From: Ancylonema sp.
Lineage: Eukaryota
Direction of reading: 5' to 3'
Length of the DNA: 58,020 bases
Assembly: GCA_050230475.1 (NCBI GenBank)
Contig: JBFLGF010000141.1
Span: 1-58,020 of the forward strand
Shown: positions 46,218 to 58,020 of the stretch, in pieces
How the letters are laid out: the number at the start of each line of letters is the position of its first letter
How positions within the stretch are numbered: position 1 is the stretch's first letter
Notes under the pieces: model-generated
Databases searched by the model: none
What the model was told of the DNA's origin: nothing
The model's input: the letters and a program-made list of their open reading frames with translations, nothing else
Translations under genes and position numbers: made by a program

Positions 46218-46277
46218 CATAGAATTGCAGTAGAGTTCAGCATATGCGAATATGCTGAACTCTACTGCAATTCTATG
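46218..46277. repeat. Perfect 28-bp inverted repeat with a GCGA loop
   Basis: CATAGAATTGCAGTAGAGTTCAGCATAT-GCGA-ATATGCTGAACTCTACTGCAATTCTATG. Confidence 0.95.
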
Positions 46278-46837
46278 TCATCACAACATCAAAGTTTCGA
46301 ACACAAGCTAGCCGACCTTGGAATCGGCTAGCCCCATGGGTTGGTGATTGCGCACAATGCGGAGTTGTAATCCTCCCTGCAACTGATGACCAGCTGCGGA
46401 TGGAGAGCTCACGGAGGGCCCGACGGCTGGCAACCAAGTTGGGAGAATGCGAGGTTCTCTTTGTCATTTCGCGTGACACGTGGTCATGGCAGAATGTTGC
46501 ACATTGCAAAATTGCCACCTGTCACACCCATGCCAAGACCAACCCATCGGCCATAACATGCCCTTCCCACAGCCATGCACATGCACAAGTAGTAACATAG
46601 CAGAACGATGGCAGAGCTAAAAATCAGAATTCCCCGTACATGTGCCGTACTTACGAGCAGGTGCACTGTACACCGTTTATGTCTCCATCTTCTGTCTGCT
46701 CCTTAAAAACTATAAACAGTTGCTCATTACACGTTACGTAACTTGCATTTTCATCTGTGTTTTCTGGAAAGAGCAAATCATCGTTCGGTTTACCGTTTTA
46801 GCTTTCGAATTTACGCTGGAGGAATTCGGTCGAGGTC

Positions 46838-48214
46838 ATGGGCCGGCTCTTCGATTTTGGACTCAAGGTGGTGGAGGGGCTTTTATGGCCATGGCAAGGC
46901 GCTTTTCTTTTCGGTTTATATGCCTTCAGTAGCGCTGTCTCCCTATTTTTGTGGCTGGCGCTGACTCCTGTCCGGATGCTGCACTCACCAACGACTCAGA
47001 AGCAGGTGCAGATACGCAGATGTAGAATGCCATCAATTTGCACAAATATTCAAATTGGCAGTATTTGCAAAATTTTAGTAGAGAAACGAGCATTTTCTAC
47101 TGGACGCTGTAAGCTGTGCATTACGAGAGGCAAAAACTCTCGCTTAGCTCAAATTTGTAACATCAACTCAACACTGCCAGACTGTCTCTACTCAAGAAGG
47201 CAGGAAGACCCATAGAAGGATGGATTTCCAGCTCTATGTCATGTTCCAAGGTTGTCTTGAAAAGAGGGCCTGACCTTCCATAAATGTTCAATGCAGGGAT
47301 TGGTCAAAGAGCTGGAGCAGATGCGCATTCTGGTAGCACAGCTGGATGAAAAAGCCAATTTAGAGAGGGGGGAACTAGAAGCTCTATACGGAAAACTCGA
47401 AAAGGCTCTTCAACAAAGAGCTGTGCTGAAGAGCAGGGTTGCAACACTTCTCCAAGAGGTCAGCACAGGTCATTCACACCTATGTCTGACGGAGTCAATA
47501 GTCCTCCCCAGAACGCTGGCCAGGGCAAACTGCTTCACATCAAATCGAGTTTTGTTGCACTATATACTTCGGATCTGCTTCTACACGCCCTCAGCATTCA
47601 CTTACAATGAAATCCTGTATGTCTTGGTCTCATCTGTGAAACTCTTTGGATGTGAACAGGTGAAAGAATTGAAAAAGATCCATCAGCACATAGAGGACGA
47701 GGTGAGCGACCTTCACGAAGCAAAAGCAGCAGCAGACGCAAATGTGATACGGGCCAGCCTTGTGGTCGAAGAGTACGAGCGCAGACTGGAGGAGGCCGCA
47801 GGGGCTGAGCTTCACGGAGGGGTACTGGAAGAGAACTCGCTTTCAAGGACAGATCTGGAACCAGACGAGGTGGTCAATGAAAGAGGGGATACAGCTGGCT
47901 CTGTGGACAGTCTTCTGACAGCTGAGACGATGGGCAAAGCAGCAGGAGCGAGTCATTCACACCCCTCTGCTTGTCCCTATTCGACCTCGTTGCTGGTCTT
48001 TGCTGGACTCTGTGCAGTGGTAGCAGGTTCTCTTGCAGTCGCAGGAGCCTATGCAGAACAGAAGAGGCTTGTTGTGGTGGCACTTGCTTGTGATTTTTTG
48101 CTGGCAGCTTTCACATCCAGATGGTTGAGCGACGCCAAGGCTGCAGCTTGGGGTGGGGTCGCATTTCTGAGCCTGTCTTGGCTGGGACTGGGGCTCGTTG
48201 GGTTTGTGCACTGA
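46838..48214 (+). CDS. Uncharacterised coiled-coil membrane protein, copy 2 (3 exons)
   Basis: Exons 46838-47005, 47297-47458, 47660-48214; same structure as copy 1. Confidence 0.75.
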
Positions 48215-48584
48215 GTGAGTGGAGCAGGAACGCTGGATAACAGTATGATGATTTCAGCAGGGGAGCAGATTTTTGCAAAAAAGACGTACAGTGTGAGTTT
48301 GAGATACGTCATTAAATTTAAGACATGTGTCAGAGTTCTGACACCTGTCTCTGCGTATGAAGAAAGCTCTGAAAACAAGAACCGAATTATTTTGATTGGA
48401 TTATAGACAAAACTTTATAGAAATAGATATGAATCCTTGGCAGCTGATATAGCTTCTGCAAGCTTCGTAGGTGGTAATGAAAGGGCCACGCTTTGTGAAT
48501 AAGTTGGATGTGTTGGTAGAATATTAGTATGATACCCAGATTTTTGCATCTGATATCATAAATTTTTGGTTCTCATACATCAAT

Positions 48585-49658
48585 ATGGAGGTAGTGTACA
48601 TCTAGCATCGTGTCATATTTGCACGTGTGATCCTAGAGTTATATTGAACATTGCCTTTATATCTTGTTGCATGGTTGCAACACATAGTCTAATGATCTAG
48701 TCGAGATCCGCGACACACTTGTGCGCGTTTAATAACCTAGTCATTGTACATCCCAATCGAGTATACACATGCCAAATTATCTTTTCTTTTAAAGACTACC
48801 TAAGGCAAGGTAATGCCGTTGGTCTAGGTCAATGCCACACTTTTCCGGTCTGAATGAGAAAGATAATGGTACTCGATTACTAGCATTCATATAAATTTGC
48901 AGTACCAGCCGAACCGCAATTCAGATTACAAAACAGATTTGAGAGGTAAACTTGACAGCGGTTCCCGAGGTGTTCAGATCTCGAATGAGATCTGAAACAT
49001 AAGGCTTATAGTTTAGATAGTTTTCGCTTTCTGGCTGCCTAAGATCGGCTTGCAAGGCATAAAATTTAGCCTGCCGTCAAAACATACTCGCTAGTCGATT
49101 CCTATCCAAGTAGTCTGCAAATGGCGGTGCTCACATTACTATGATGCAACGCATGGCTGCCATGCACTATCATTTGTTGTCTTGCCGTCTAATGCCATTG
49201 CCGAACTAAGCTTTTCAATATGCATGCTTTACGATACAACAATGTGGCACCTGATTCTTTGTCGCGATCTATTGCACACCTATCCTGACAACAACACTAC
49301 CGATTGCCTGTACTGCCGTACTTCCATAATTGTATCGGACGACATATGTGGATGTACAGTTGTCTGATAGCATGCTGCTAGAAGTTTGTCTCTCGGAAGA
49401 TCACTCTTTGATGGCAGGGTATTACGTTCATTAAGGCCTTCATTTTACAATCGAAACTTGAGTACCGAATACGCCAAGGCACGTGCCAAATTAAGACGTT
49501 TTCGCGCCAAAACCCACGTATGTGTCAATCATGGTTCGAGGACACAATTACCCGCACCCGCACCATTTCATCGCATAGGCACATTCGCCCATTTACCCCA
49601 TAAGTCACCATATAGACACCCGATCGTATATTTTCCGACATGGAGGTAGCGTACATCT
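48585..49658. mobile_element. ~1.05-kb copy-specific insertion flanked by a 19-bp direct repeat
   Basis: ATGGAGGTAG(T/C)GTACATCT at 48585-48603 and 49640-49658; the paralogous site at ~42185 has a single copy and no insert. Confidence 0.55.
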
Positions 49659-50206
49659 TCATTTGTTATTCACAACGTCGACGATGTCTTGATTAAAGCA
49701 ATACTAACAAATGTGTCCAAACCAAGGTATTTTATCATACCGATGAGAGCTGATATTTCAAAAGACTAAATAGATCAACCGACAAATGAATCATGCAAAC
49801 TATAAAATGGCACTGGGCCCGACAAACATTCACCCCGCGACATGATCCTGAGTTTGTGTACCTCATCAAATTGCTGCAACTCTAGCGTCTACCCATCTAA
49901 GAAATTACAACAGTCGGCACAAATCCATGCAATACACACAATGCACAATCTATTTCTAGGTTTCCGAAAATCCAATGAGGTAGAAGTCAATCAATTGTTC
50001 ATAACTGCTAAAGTCTGTACAATCCTAAAACGTTCCTATTTGCATATGCCTCCTCTCGCCTCCCTGTCTTCGCACCAAAACGAACCCTTCTCCCCCCCAC
50101 CCTCCCCCCGACTCATATGTACGGTAGTTTACACCCCACCCAAGAATTTTACATTGCATTAAGTATTACACTTGCCATGATCTGACCTTCAAGCCCAGCA
50201 CCTTTT

Positions 50207-53200
50207 CTACGCGAATCCTCCCAGCCCCACATGATCCCCCCACACCGCCTCAGTGCTCCCATCAATATCCGCATGCTGATTACCGGACAACAGTGCATAT
50301 CCCATTCCCCCCACTTGGCTGCCGCAGTCAGGGCACCGACTCACTTCCATCGCCCCCCCACATTCCCCGATCACGTAGTAATGGCCGTTAGGACACTGAT
50401 ACCAATGGCCCCTCCCTCCACCTTCCCTCACCATCGCCGTCACCACCTGCTGCCTCTCGCCCCTCCCAGACTTCTCTTTCAACGCCTCCAACGCCTCGTC
50501 CCCTTGTAACACAGGCAGAGCAAGGGCGCGGTCGCACAGACTCACAGCTTCTGTGAACCGGCTGAGCTGAGTCAGCACCGCCAGCACCTCGACTAATGCC
50601 TTTCGAGCAAAACCAAAAGTGCTCCACGAGGCTCGCAGAGGCGGGTCAGCAGCGCCACCCCCCAGCCCCTCCAGCCCCCTCCCACCCAGACAAGGAGCCA
50701 AGGGACTGATTTCGATTATCACAACCATGTGGGGGAGCGCAAGGGCGGGGGTGCGCAGGCTGCAGTAGGTGAGACCGATACCCATATGGGCTTGAGGGAG
50801 CTCCGGATTCAGTTTCAGTACATCCCGAAACAGATTGAGGGCATCCTCTCTCTGGTTGTCTGCCAAGAGGTCATTCGCTCGATTGCACAGATCCCCACCG
50901 TTGATCCGTTTCTTCACCTCCTCGATCTGCGCCAGGCGGGACTTGACGATATTGGAGTACCGGAAGGTGCGGCGGATGGGGGTTCGACAGTTGGGGCTGG
51001 GGGGGTGGGGAGGATGGGGGGGGGGAGGGGGGAAGTATGCAATCAGATAAGGGTAGGTGTGTCATTGGAGGATTACATCAGTGTTTATTTTCCGAAAGGG
51101 CCATCTGTTAGTCCACTACCTTCAGTGCATTTCTGATCGATTTGCACATGCTTCATATATTAATGTATTCATATATGAATATATGAATATATGCATATAT
51201 TCATATATTCATATATTCATATATTCATATATTCATATATTCATATATTCATATATTCATGTATTCATATATAGAGAGAAGTGAAGTCAGCGGTTTGTGC
51301 CGCACAAGTCAGGACCAGGGTCCGAATCTGATACTTCTGCCATCCCCCTCACCATTCCTTGAGCTTCACAGCCACCCCTCCCCCTCCGCCCTCCCCAAGG
51401 CCCCCTTCCTCCACGCCCATCCACTCATCCAACGCCTCTGCCTCGAACACGTGTTTGCAATCCTGCAGCTGGATGAAGCGCACCCCCTCCTCCGCATCCC
51501 CCATCTTCTCCAACGAGATGGAGCACTCAGTGTTGGGATGGCACACGCGGCACTTTGTGGGGCAGACCTCCCCACACAGCCCTGCACAGGGGTGCTTGCA
51601 TCTGAGCAGCAAGGGGCAGGGTTCGTCGCAGCGGGGTCTGACGCACGGCTCGTTGCACTCCAGCTGGCAGCTGTGGTGGGGGCAGGTCCAGGAGCACTGC
51701 TCCCTGCAGGGGCGACAGGGCACGCCGCATTTGAGGCGACAGACGGAGTGAACACACCTCTTCTGGCATTTCTGGCGACAGGGGGGACAGGTGGCGCCGC
51801 AAAGGTCTTGGCAGTCGTGGCCGCAGGGGAGGGCTCTCTTGCACACTCGCTGACACGCCAGGTGGCGCGTGCCTTGCTGGCACTCCCCGCATGTGCCCTT
51901 GCAGGGATGGTGACACGTGTCCAGCAACGTCTGGCAGGGCACTTTGCAAGAGACGGCGGCCGGGTCTTGGTGGCAATGCATCTCCGCCACGTGGCCGCAC
52001 GACAGCTGGCGGCTCACTCGCTCGAGACACCTGTCGGCATGCGGCTGGGCGCACCTCCTCGGACACGGGTGGCCACATGGCAGCGCCACATCGCACGGCG
52101 CGTTGCACTCGTGGTCTTCCACATCCACGTGGCACCTCATCTTCTGCCCGTGCCCGCAGCCCGGCATCACCCGCTCCACCTTCATCCCGCACGGGGGGCA
52201 AGCAGCCTCCACTCCATGGCACCTCGACGCGCACACGTGGTGGCAGGCGGGCAGTGTGGCGTTACATTTCTTGGGGCAGAACACCAAGTCGTGGCTGTCT
52301 GGGTGGCACCTTTTCGGGCAGGCATGGCCGCAGTCCAGCTGGTACTCACACGGCTTGTTGCACCCCCCATCCCCCACCAGCCGAAAGGTGCTGGGCTCAC
52401 TGATCCTCGTCTCCGTCTCCGGATGCATCTGGCAGCGCAGCACCAGCTCCTTCCCCACCTCCCCTCTCTCGCTCATCCCCCCCACCACCTTCTTCCACAG
52501 CCCGCTTCTATCCTCCAGCAGCTCTGCGTTCCCAAACACGTACAGCCCCAGACGAGCCCGAGACAGGGCCACGCACACCCGGTTATCGATTCCCAGGAAC
52601 CCGATCGTCCCCACGGACCCGTCCTTGTTCGGCTGCGCGTTGCTGCGGACTAGCGAGAGAATGATGATGTCGCACTCCTCCCCCTGATAGTTGTCCACAC
52701 TGGTCACCCGCGGCACTGTCCTCGCCTCCTCCTTCTCCCGAAACTCTTTCCCCCCACCCTTCTTCTCGCTCTTCCCCCCCCTCCCCCCGCTGTCCCCCAG
52801 AGCTTCTCTCAGGCCACGTTGGATGTCCAGGAGCTGACCCGTGTACATGGTGAGAATCGTGATTTCGTCCGCACTGTACCCCTGCCTCAGAAGGTAGCAT
52901 GCGAGTCCGATTACCAGCTGTGCCTCAACCGCATTCGACTTACTCCCTCCCTCCGTCGTCGTAGAGCTCTCCTTATTCTTATGATCCATCATGAACACGT
53001 CAGACGCCACTCCCTTGACGTGCGGCCGCCCCTCCACGCTGCCGTCGTTCCTAAGACTCGGGTATAGGGAGGATATGAGGGTCCTGAGTTCGGGGCGCAT
53101 GCGTCTCTGCACCTGCAGCGTGGTGTGGTCCACCTGGTTGGCCACCAGGCGCTCGAAGAGGGACACGTCCAAGTGGTGCTGCTTCGCGAGTCTGTACACG

Positions 53201-56200
53201 CTCACGGAGGGGCGGAGCTGCTGGTGGTCGCCGATGAGGATGAGGTGCTTGGTGTACGGACTGAGACAGGCAATGATGTGGGACTCTAACACCTCTGCAG
53301 CCTCCTCAACCACCACGATCTCGGGCTGGGGGGGTGGGGGATGGGGGGTATGGTAATATCGGGATGGGATAAATGGATGGGATGGGGATGAGGGAGGAGG
53401 TTGTTGCAGGGGGAATAGAATGGGAACACTCTCTTGACATTCTGAATATGTTCAACACAGATTTGACTCTCCAAGACTCTTATGTGTAATCTTTGTCCGC
53501 TTGTCTGTTGCTTTCATTATTTCCTTCTTTTTTTTGCTTGTTCATCTGATTCCCCACATGAAACAGTATTCATTCATTTTTACATTCATTCGTTCAATAT
53601 TACATACTATCACACTGTAAGACTTACTACATACTCAAGCACTCATCCATTCCTTCCTTCGTTCACTCATCCATCGCACCATCAGTCCTTTCTTTTATTT
53701 TCTTATCCCACTACCTTGAGCGCCATGAGCAGCTCGTGATGCTTGGCTGCCCCCGTCGTCGTCATCCCCACCACCTTGCACTTCCTCAGCATCGCCAGCT
53801 CAATCTCCCGATCCACATCCGCAACGCGTCTCTTTGACTTCTCATACGTCTCCGTCAGCTCCCTTATCTTCCCCCGAGCCTCACTCCTTACTTCCTCTCG
53901 CCAGTACTCATGCAGCACCCTCCTCGCCTCGCTATTCAACTGCCACACATCCGGGTAGTCAATGATCGCCTCCAAAGGAGGTGCCCCTACCTCCTCTCCC
54001 TCCCCCTCCCCCTCCTCTTCTTCCTCCTCCACACCCCCCCTTCCCCCAACCCCAAAGGCAGGTTGATCTCTTGGTGCCCCCCAACCACCTCCTCCCCTCC
54101 CCCTCTGCCTATTGCCAACCTGCTCCCACCCTCCCCCATCCCCACCCTCCTCCACCTCCATCTCCACATCCCCCCCTTCGCCAAGAGGTGCTTGTGCCTC
54201 TGGTCGCCGCAGCATCTGCATGACCCCGCGCCCTTGCGCCCCGCCCTCCCCTCCCGCCTCCTCCCTGTCGGCCACCATGGCAGCTACCTCCTCCTCATCC
54301 CCCTCCACCACCCCACCATCCTCATCTTCCATCCCCAGCCCCTCGAATGCATTCGCCACGAGGACAGGTCGCACATCACCGCCACCCAACCCAGCTGCTG
54401 GTGCTGCCACCTGTCGCTCTCTCCTTCTCCTGCTCGGCATTGTTGGCTGCTCCAGCCACATGCGGACCATGTCCCTGGAGTCGATATTCTCGTATAAGTT
54501 CATGTACCAGAACAGAGTCGCCAACTGCTCCTGAGTCGCCACCCCTTGCAGCTGCCCCTGCGAGAGGTACTCCACATTCAGGCACTCAATGCACTCCTTC
54601 AGTTTTCTTTCCACATCCCCAGCTTCATCCCGCGCCGTCCTCAGAGCCTGCCAGTGCGCGTGCTCATTTGCTCGCGACTCCTTCTGCTGACGCAGCATCT
54701 GAAACAGGCCGTACTGCTCGAGTCCAGGATCTTTGCACTTACCCCCTATCCTGATCACCTTCCTCTCCTCCTTCACTATGCCATTCAGGAATTGGTCCAA
54801 CGCGTGGTTGGTATACGTGACCACTAGGATCGGACCCTTCACATCCCTCACCCTCACCCTCTCCAGCCCCTGCTCCTCTCCCCTCCTCCTCCCTCCCTCC
54901 TCCCTTGTACCCATCCCCAACGGTGCCCCTTCCCTGTACAGATTCGCCAACAAGATTTTGACTGCCAAAAGTCCGATAAACGTCTTCCCTGTCCCCGGGG
55001 GCCCCTGGATTAGCGCCACCTCGCAAGTCAGCGCCCTCTTCAGCGCCTCCTTCTGACTCACATCCAGAGAAGACTCAAACTCCGGCCACTCTTCCAGCAC
55101 CCGGATCCAGTCCCGCCCCAAGTCCCCCAGTATGCCCTCAAACGCCCCCGCCACCACGTACTTGTCGGTCTCCTGCCGCGTCAGGATGTAGGAAGGAGGT
55201 CCCACATGTGGTTCTAGCGCAAGGAGGTACTTCTGAAACGGGAGATGATCCATCTCTGGCCTCTGCAAGCTTTTGAGCACGTGTGAATAGGCCTCAAAAT
55301 ACGCGGTACTAGACTCTGCCATGACGTACTCCTTATCCGCCTCCAACTCCCCCTCCAGAATGGTGATGTCGATGAGCCCCTTTGCCAAGTTTTCATCCTT
55401 CCTCCCTGACACCGTCGCCCACACCAGCGACCGAAACTTGTCGCAAGACAAGCACAAGAGCGCCCCGAACATGAGCCGCTTACTCGATTCCCACCGCACA
55501 GCTCTCTTCCCCTGAACCACCGAAAACTGAATGCAGTACTCCAGCCCCATCGTCCCACCCCTCAACCCAGCCAGCCACACCTGAGGGTATACAGTCACAT
55601 CCCTGCCATAGGCACCATTCCGGTACTGCTGCAGACCCATGCGCAGAGGCTCCATGCAGTCCTCCCTCAACAGAGAGAAGTGCGTCTCTAAATACTCCAC
55701 CATGGATCCGTATCGCCCGCGGATTTTGAGGACAGGGAGGATGGGGGACTCGAGAGCCATCATTTCTTCCTCCGTGGGGACCACTAGACGCTCCCGGAAG
55801 GCCTCTCCCTGCACGCCAGGTGGCAACAGCACACTCATGAGCACATGCATGGTCAGGCACGCGATGGAGAGGTGTTGGATGGGGGCTGCTTCTGAAAGAA
55901 TGGCCATGGATATGAACAGTCTGTGTTCGTAGTTGAGTCACACGCAGTCCTGATTAGAAAGTGATTTGATGACGCTGTAACGTCCATAACGGATTCCATG
56001 TCTCCCAATGTCGAGTACGGCATGACTCCCTCTCCAGGAAGGTAGGATGCAATGATTGGATGTCACTTACACTCAGAGGCGTCGCATTGTCGCCTCTTCT
56101 ATGGAGTTTCTCCTCAGCACTCCGGCTCAGCTGCTCCCGGTAGAAGAGCATTCTCTGAACATCTGCGAGCAGCTGCTCCTTTGCAACTCCTTCCGGAAGA

Positions 56201-57027
56201 TTCTGTGCTCGTGCGTTCACGGCATCGAGAGGCACAGCCTTCCATCCATCGGCTGTCCTATTCTGAAGCTCCTCACAAATGGCGCAGATTTTCTGCAGAG
56301 TCTTCAGTGGGGGAGCCACCAAGTGGCTCTGCAGTCTCGTCAGAAAGGGACTCCCCATCAGCGCTCCGTAAATGGTGTTCACCTCTGTTCTCAGCATGCT
56401 CGTCCTGATGTCCTCATTTGCAAAAAGCGTGATCAGTTTCGCCTCGACTGGTATCGGCAAGGACTGTCTATTCAGTATGTCTTGTAGGCTATCCATCCGG
56501 TCGCCGCTCATCGCTCTGAGGATGTCTGAACTTGATTGCCCCTGCAGCCGAGAAAGCCACGCTTCCATCTGCCCACCAGACTGAAAGGGTGGCCGGCTGG
56601 CCGCACTACCAACACCACCCCCTGGGGTTGGCCGCCCAGCCCCGCCAAACGTAGGTGCATGAGAAAACCGGCAGGCGCTCCCGTTACGACAGCTCCCCCG
56701 AGCAAAATGCTGGCATGATGGTCGTCCACTTCTGGCCCTCTGGATTCCAACAGGTGCTTGTGAAGTTGGAAGTGTCAACGCAAATTTCACAGTCCGACCA
56801 GTATCTGAAGCTCCCTCCACTGCCATATTCAGGGCATCAGTAGAATAGATTCTGACTGCATCGCCATCCTCGTCTTCATACTCGACAATGAGGCCATCCA
56901 CGCTAGTGATCTCTGGGTAGGTATCCTGAATGAGCTTCAGCAGAGCTTGGTAGGAAGCATTGGCATGCAGAATAACTTTCTTGGTGACGCCAGCGTGCAT
57001 AAGTGTCACTCGAATAGTCACCGCCAT
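50207..57027 (-). CDS. ZNFX1: ZNFX1-like UPF1-family RNA helicase/E3 ligase with N-terminal PB1 and CCCH domains, 4 exons, 1937 aa
   Basis: Exons 57027-56071, 55808-53715, 53325-51353, 50996-50207 total 5814 nt in frame. Motifs YLETHFSLLREDC, WESSKRLMFGALLCLS, QGPPGTGKT, TYTNHALDQF, EEAAEVLESH, IGDHQQLRP, SLFERL, SVDNYQGEE, VALSRAR; an NF-X1-type Cys/His array; C-terminal RZ finger. Confidence 0.92.
51160..51272. repeat. (TATATTCA)n octamer repeat in the last ZNFX1 intron
   Basis: About 10 TATATTCA units plus a few inverted TGAATATA units. Confidence 0.9.
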
Positions 57028-58020
57028 GTTTGTCTGTAAAACATCAGAAGACCACCAGGGGTATCCGTGAGACATCAAGCTCACTTCTGTTGCGAAATTT
57101 TCCTCTTCCTTTTTGTATGGAGAAATGAGGACTTGAATGGCATTATTGAAGTCAAAGGGACATTGACTTCGACTAGCATTTCCGAAACGAATCCAACTGC
57201 ATCATTGACTTTCATCAACACTAAGAAAAATGAACTGCACTTAGACGTCATAGCGTGTTCATTCTTCTCAACGGAGATAGTCTCTCAACCAGAAATACGA
57301 GGGATTGAATGATTCAGAGACTGACGTCATTTGAAGAAGACAGATTCGTATACAGAGCATGTTCATGAGCTAAAAGTGAAAGGAAAAAAAAAGTTTTATA
57401 AGCTGACAATAAATCATCTTGTTCGCACCAAAAGTTGCAAGGAACAGGATTTCGATGATTTCGACTTCGACCTCAATGATGACAATGTTGATGTCAATGT
57501 CCAACCATGTCAATGTCCTACAAATCTCTGCTCTCACGTATAATAGGGCCTAGTGAAGACTACAAAACATTAAAAAGCTACAGTACTGCTTACTTCTCTC
57601 ACGTCATTAGGCTGCGGTCTTACTGCTACCACGGCTCTGTGGGCGCCTCAGCAGAGCTTCCATTGCTTTTAAATTCTCAAATAACTATCACAACGCTGAC
57701 GATCAAACAATTCTCCGAGATTAAGAAAAAGATAAACAGGGAACAATGTACGTGGGCTGCGTCAGACGTCGAAACTGTCTTCTCAAGATGCTAAGACGCG
57801 CCTGCTGACTCCTGCATAATTGCTCGCACAATAGATCCCCGAGCGTAAAATGTCATTTCTGTTTCACGTCTCATTCACGCTTCCCCGACAACTTCCGATG
57901 TGATTTGTACCACTTGTACAAATTGAACTTATTATTCTAGATTCAGTTGCACGATACAGTAAATACTCGTCACAGGCACAGTCTTGGGATACCGAAAATG
58001 TGTGCCTGTAACGTGGTTGT

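Larger units (their letters stand above)
37290..51056. repeat. Diverged tandem segmental duplication: unit 1 ~37290-43590, unit 2 ~43591-51056
   Basis: GGCAGGAATACATGAACTAC at ~37311 and ~43612; ATCAGATAAGGGTAGG at ~43577 and ~51042; identical gene order in both units. Confidence 0.92.

Noticed and set aside
51259..54827. Long plus-strand ORFs such as the 464-aa one
   Set aside because: They are antisense shadows of GC-rich ZNFX1 exons with no recognisable motifs.

Overview
This is eukaryotic, intron-rich nuclear DNA with plant-type gene orthologues, most likely from a streptophyte green alga (inferred, species not determinable). In order, the window holds: a degenerate CRE-clade non-LTR retrotransposon (1-1560, minus); RFC3 (11 exons); an ADA1/SAGA-Tad1 gene; two tandem SEN2 tRNA-splicing endonuclease copies split by an N; an organellar glutamyl-tRNA synthetase with an in-frame TAG; a hAT-type MITE; INO80, with a 601-bp internal duplication and a 1201-bp assembly overlap; a 6.3/7.5-kb tandem duplication carrying INO80 3' exons, a coiled-coil membrane protein and the ZNFX1 last exon; and a 1937-aa ZNFX1-like RNA helicase/E3 ligase. 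The most interesting object is the ZNFX1-like gene. It has an N-terminal PB1 + CCCH fusion and a second intact, same-strand terminal exon 7.5 kb downstream, whose RZ finger keeps a His that the proximal exon has lost. An old inverted duplication with reciprocal SEN2/GluRS loss and a new 28-bp perfect hairpin are also visible. All gene models were read by eye from GT-AG sites and frame continuity; no searches were run.
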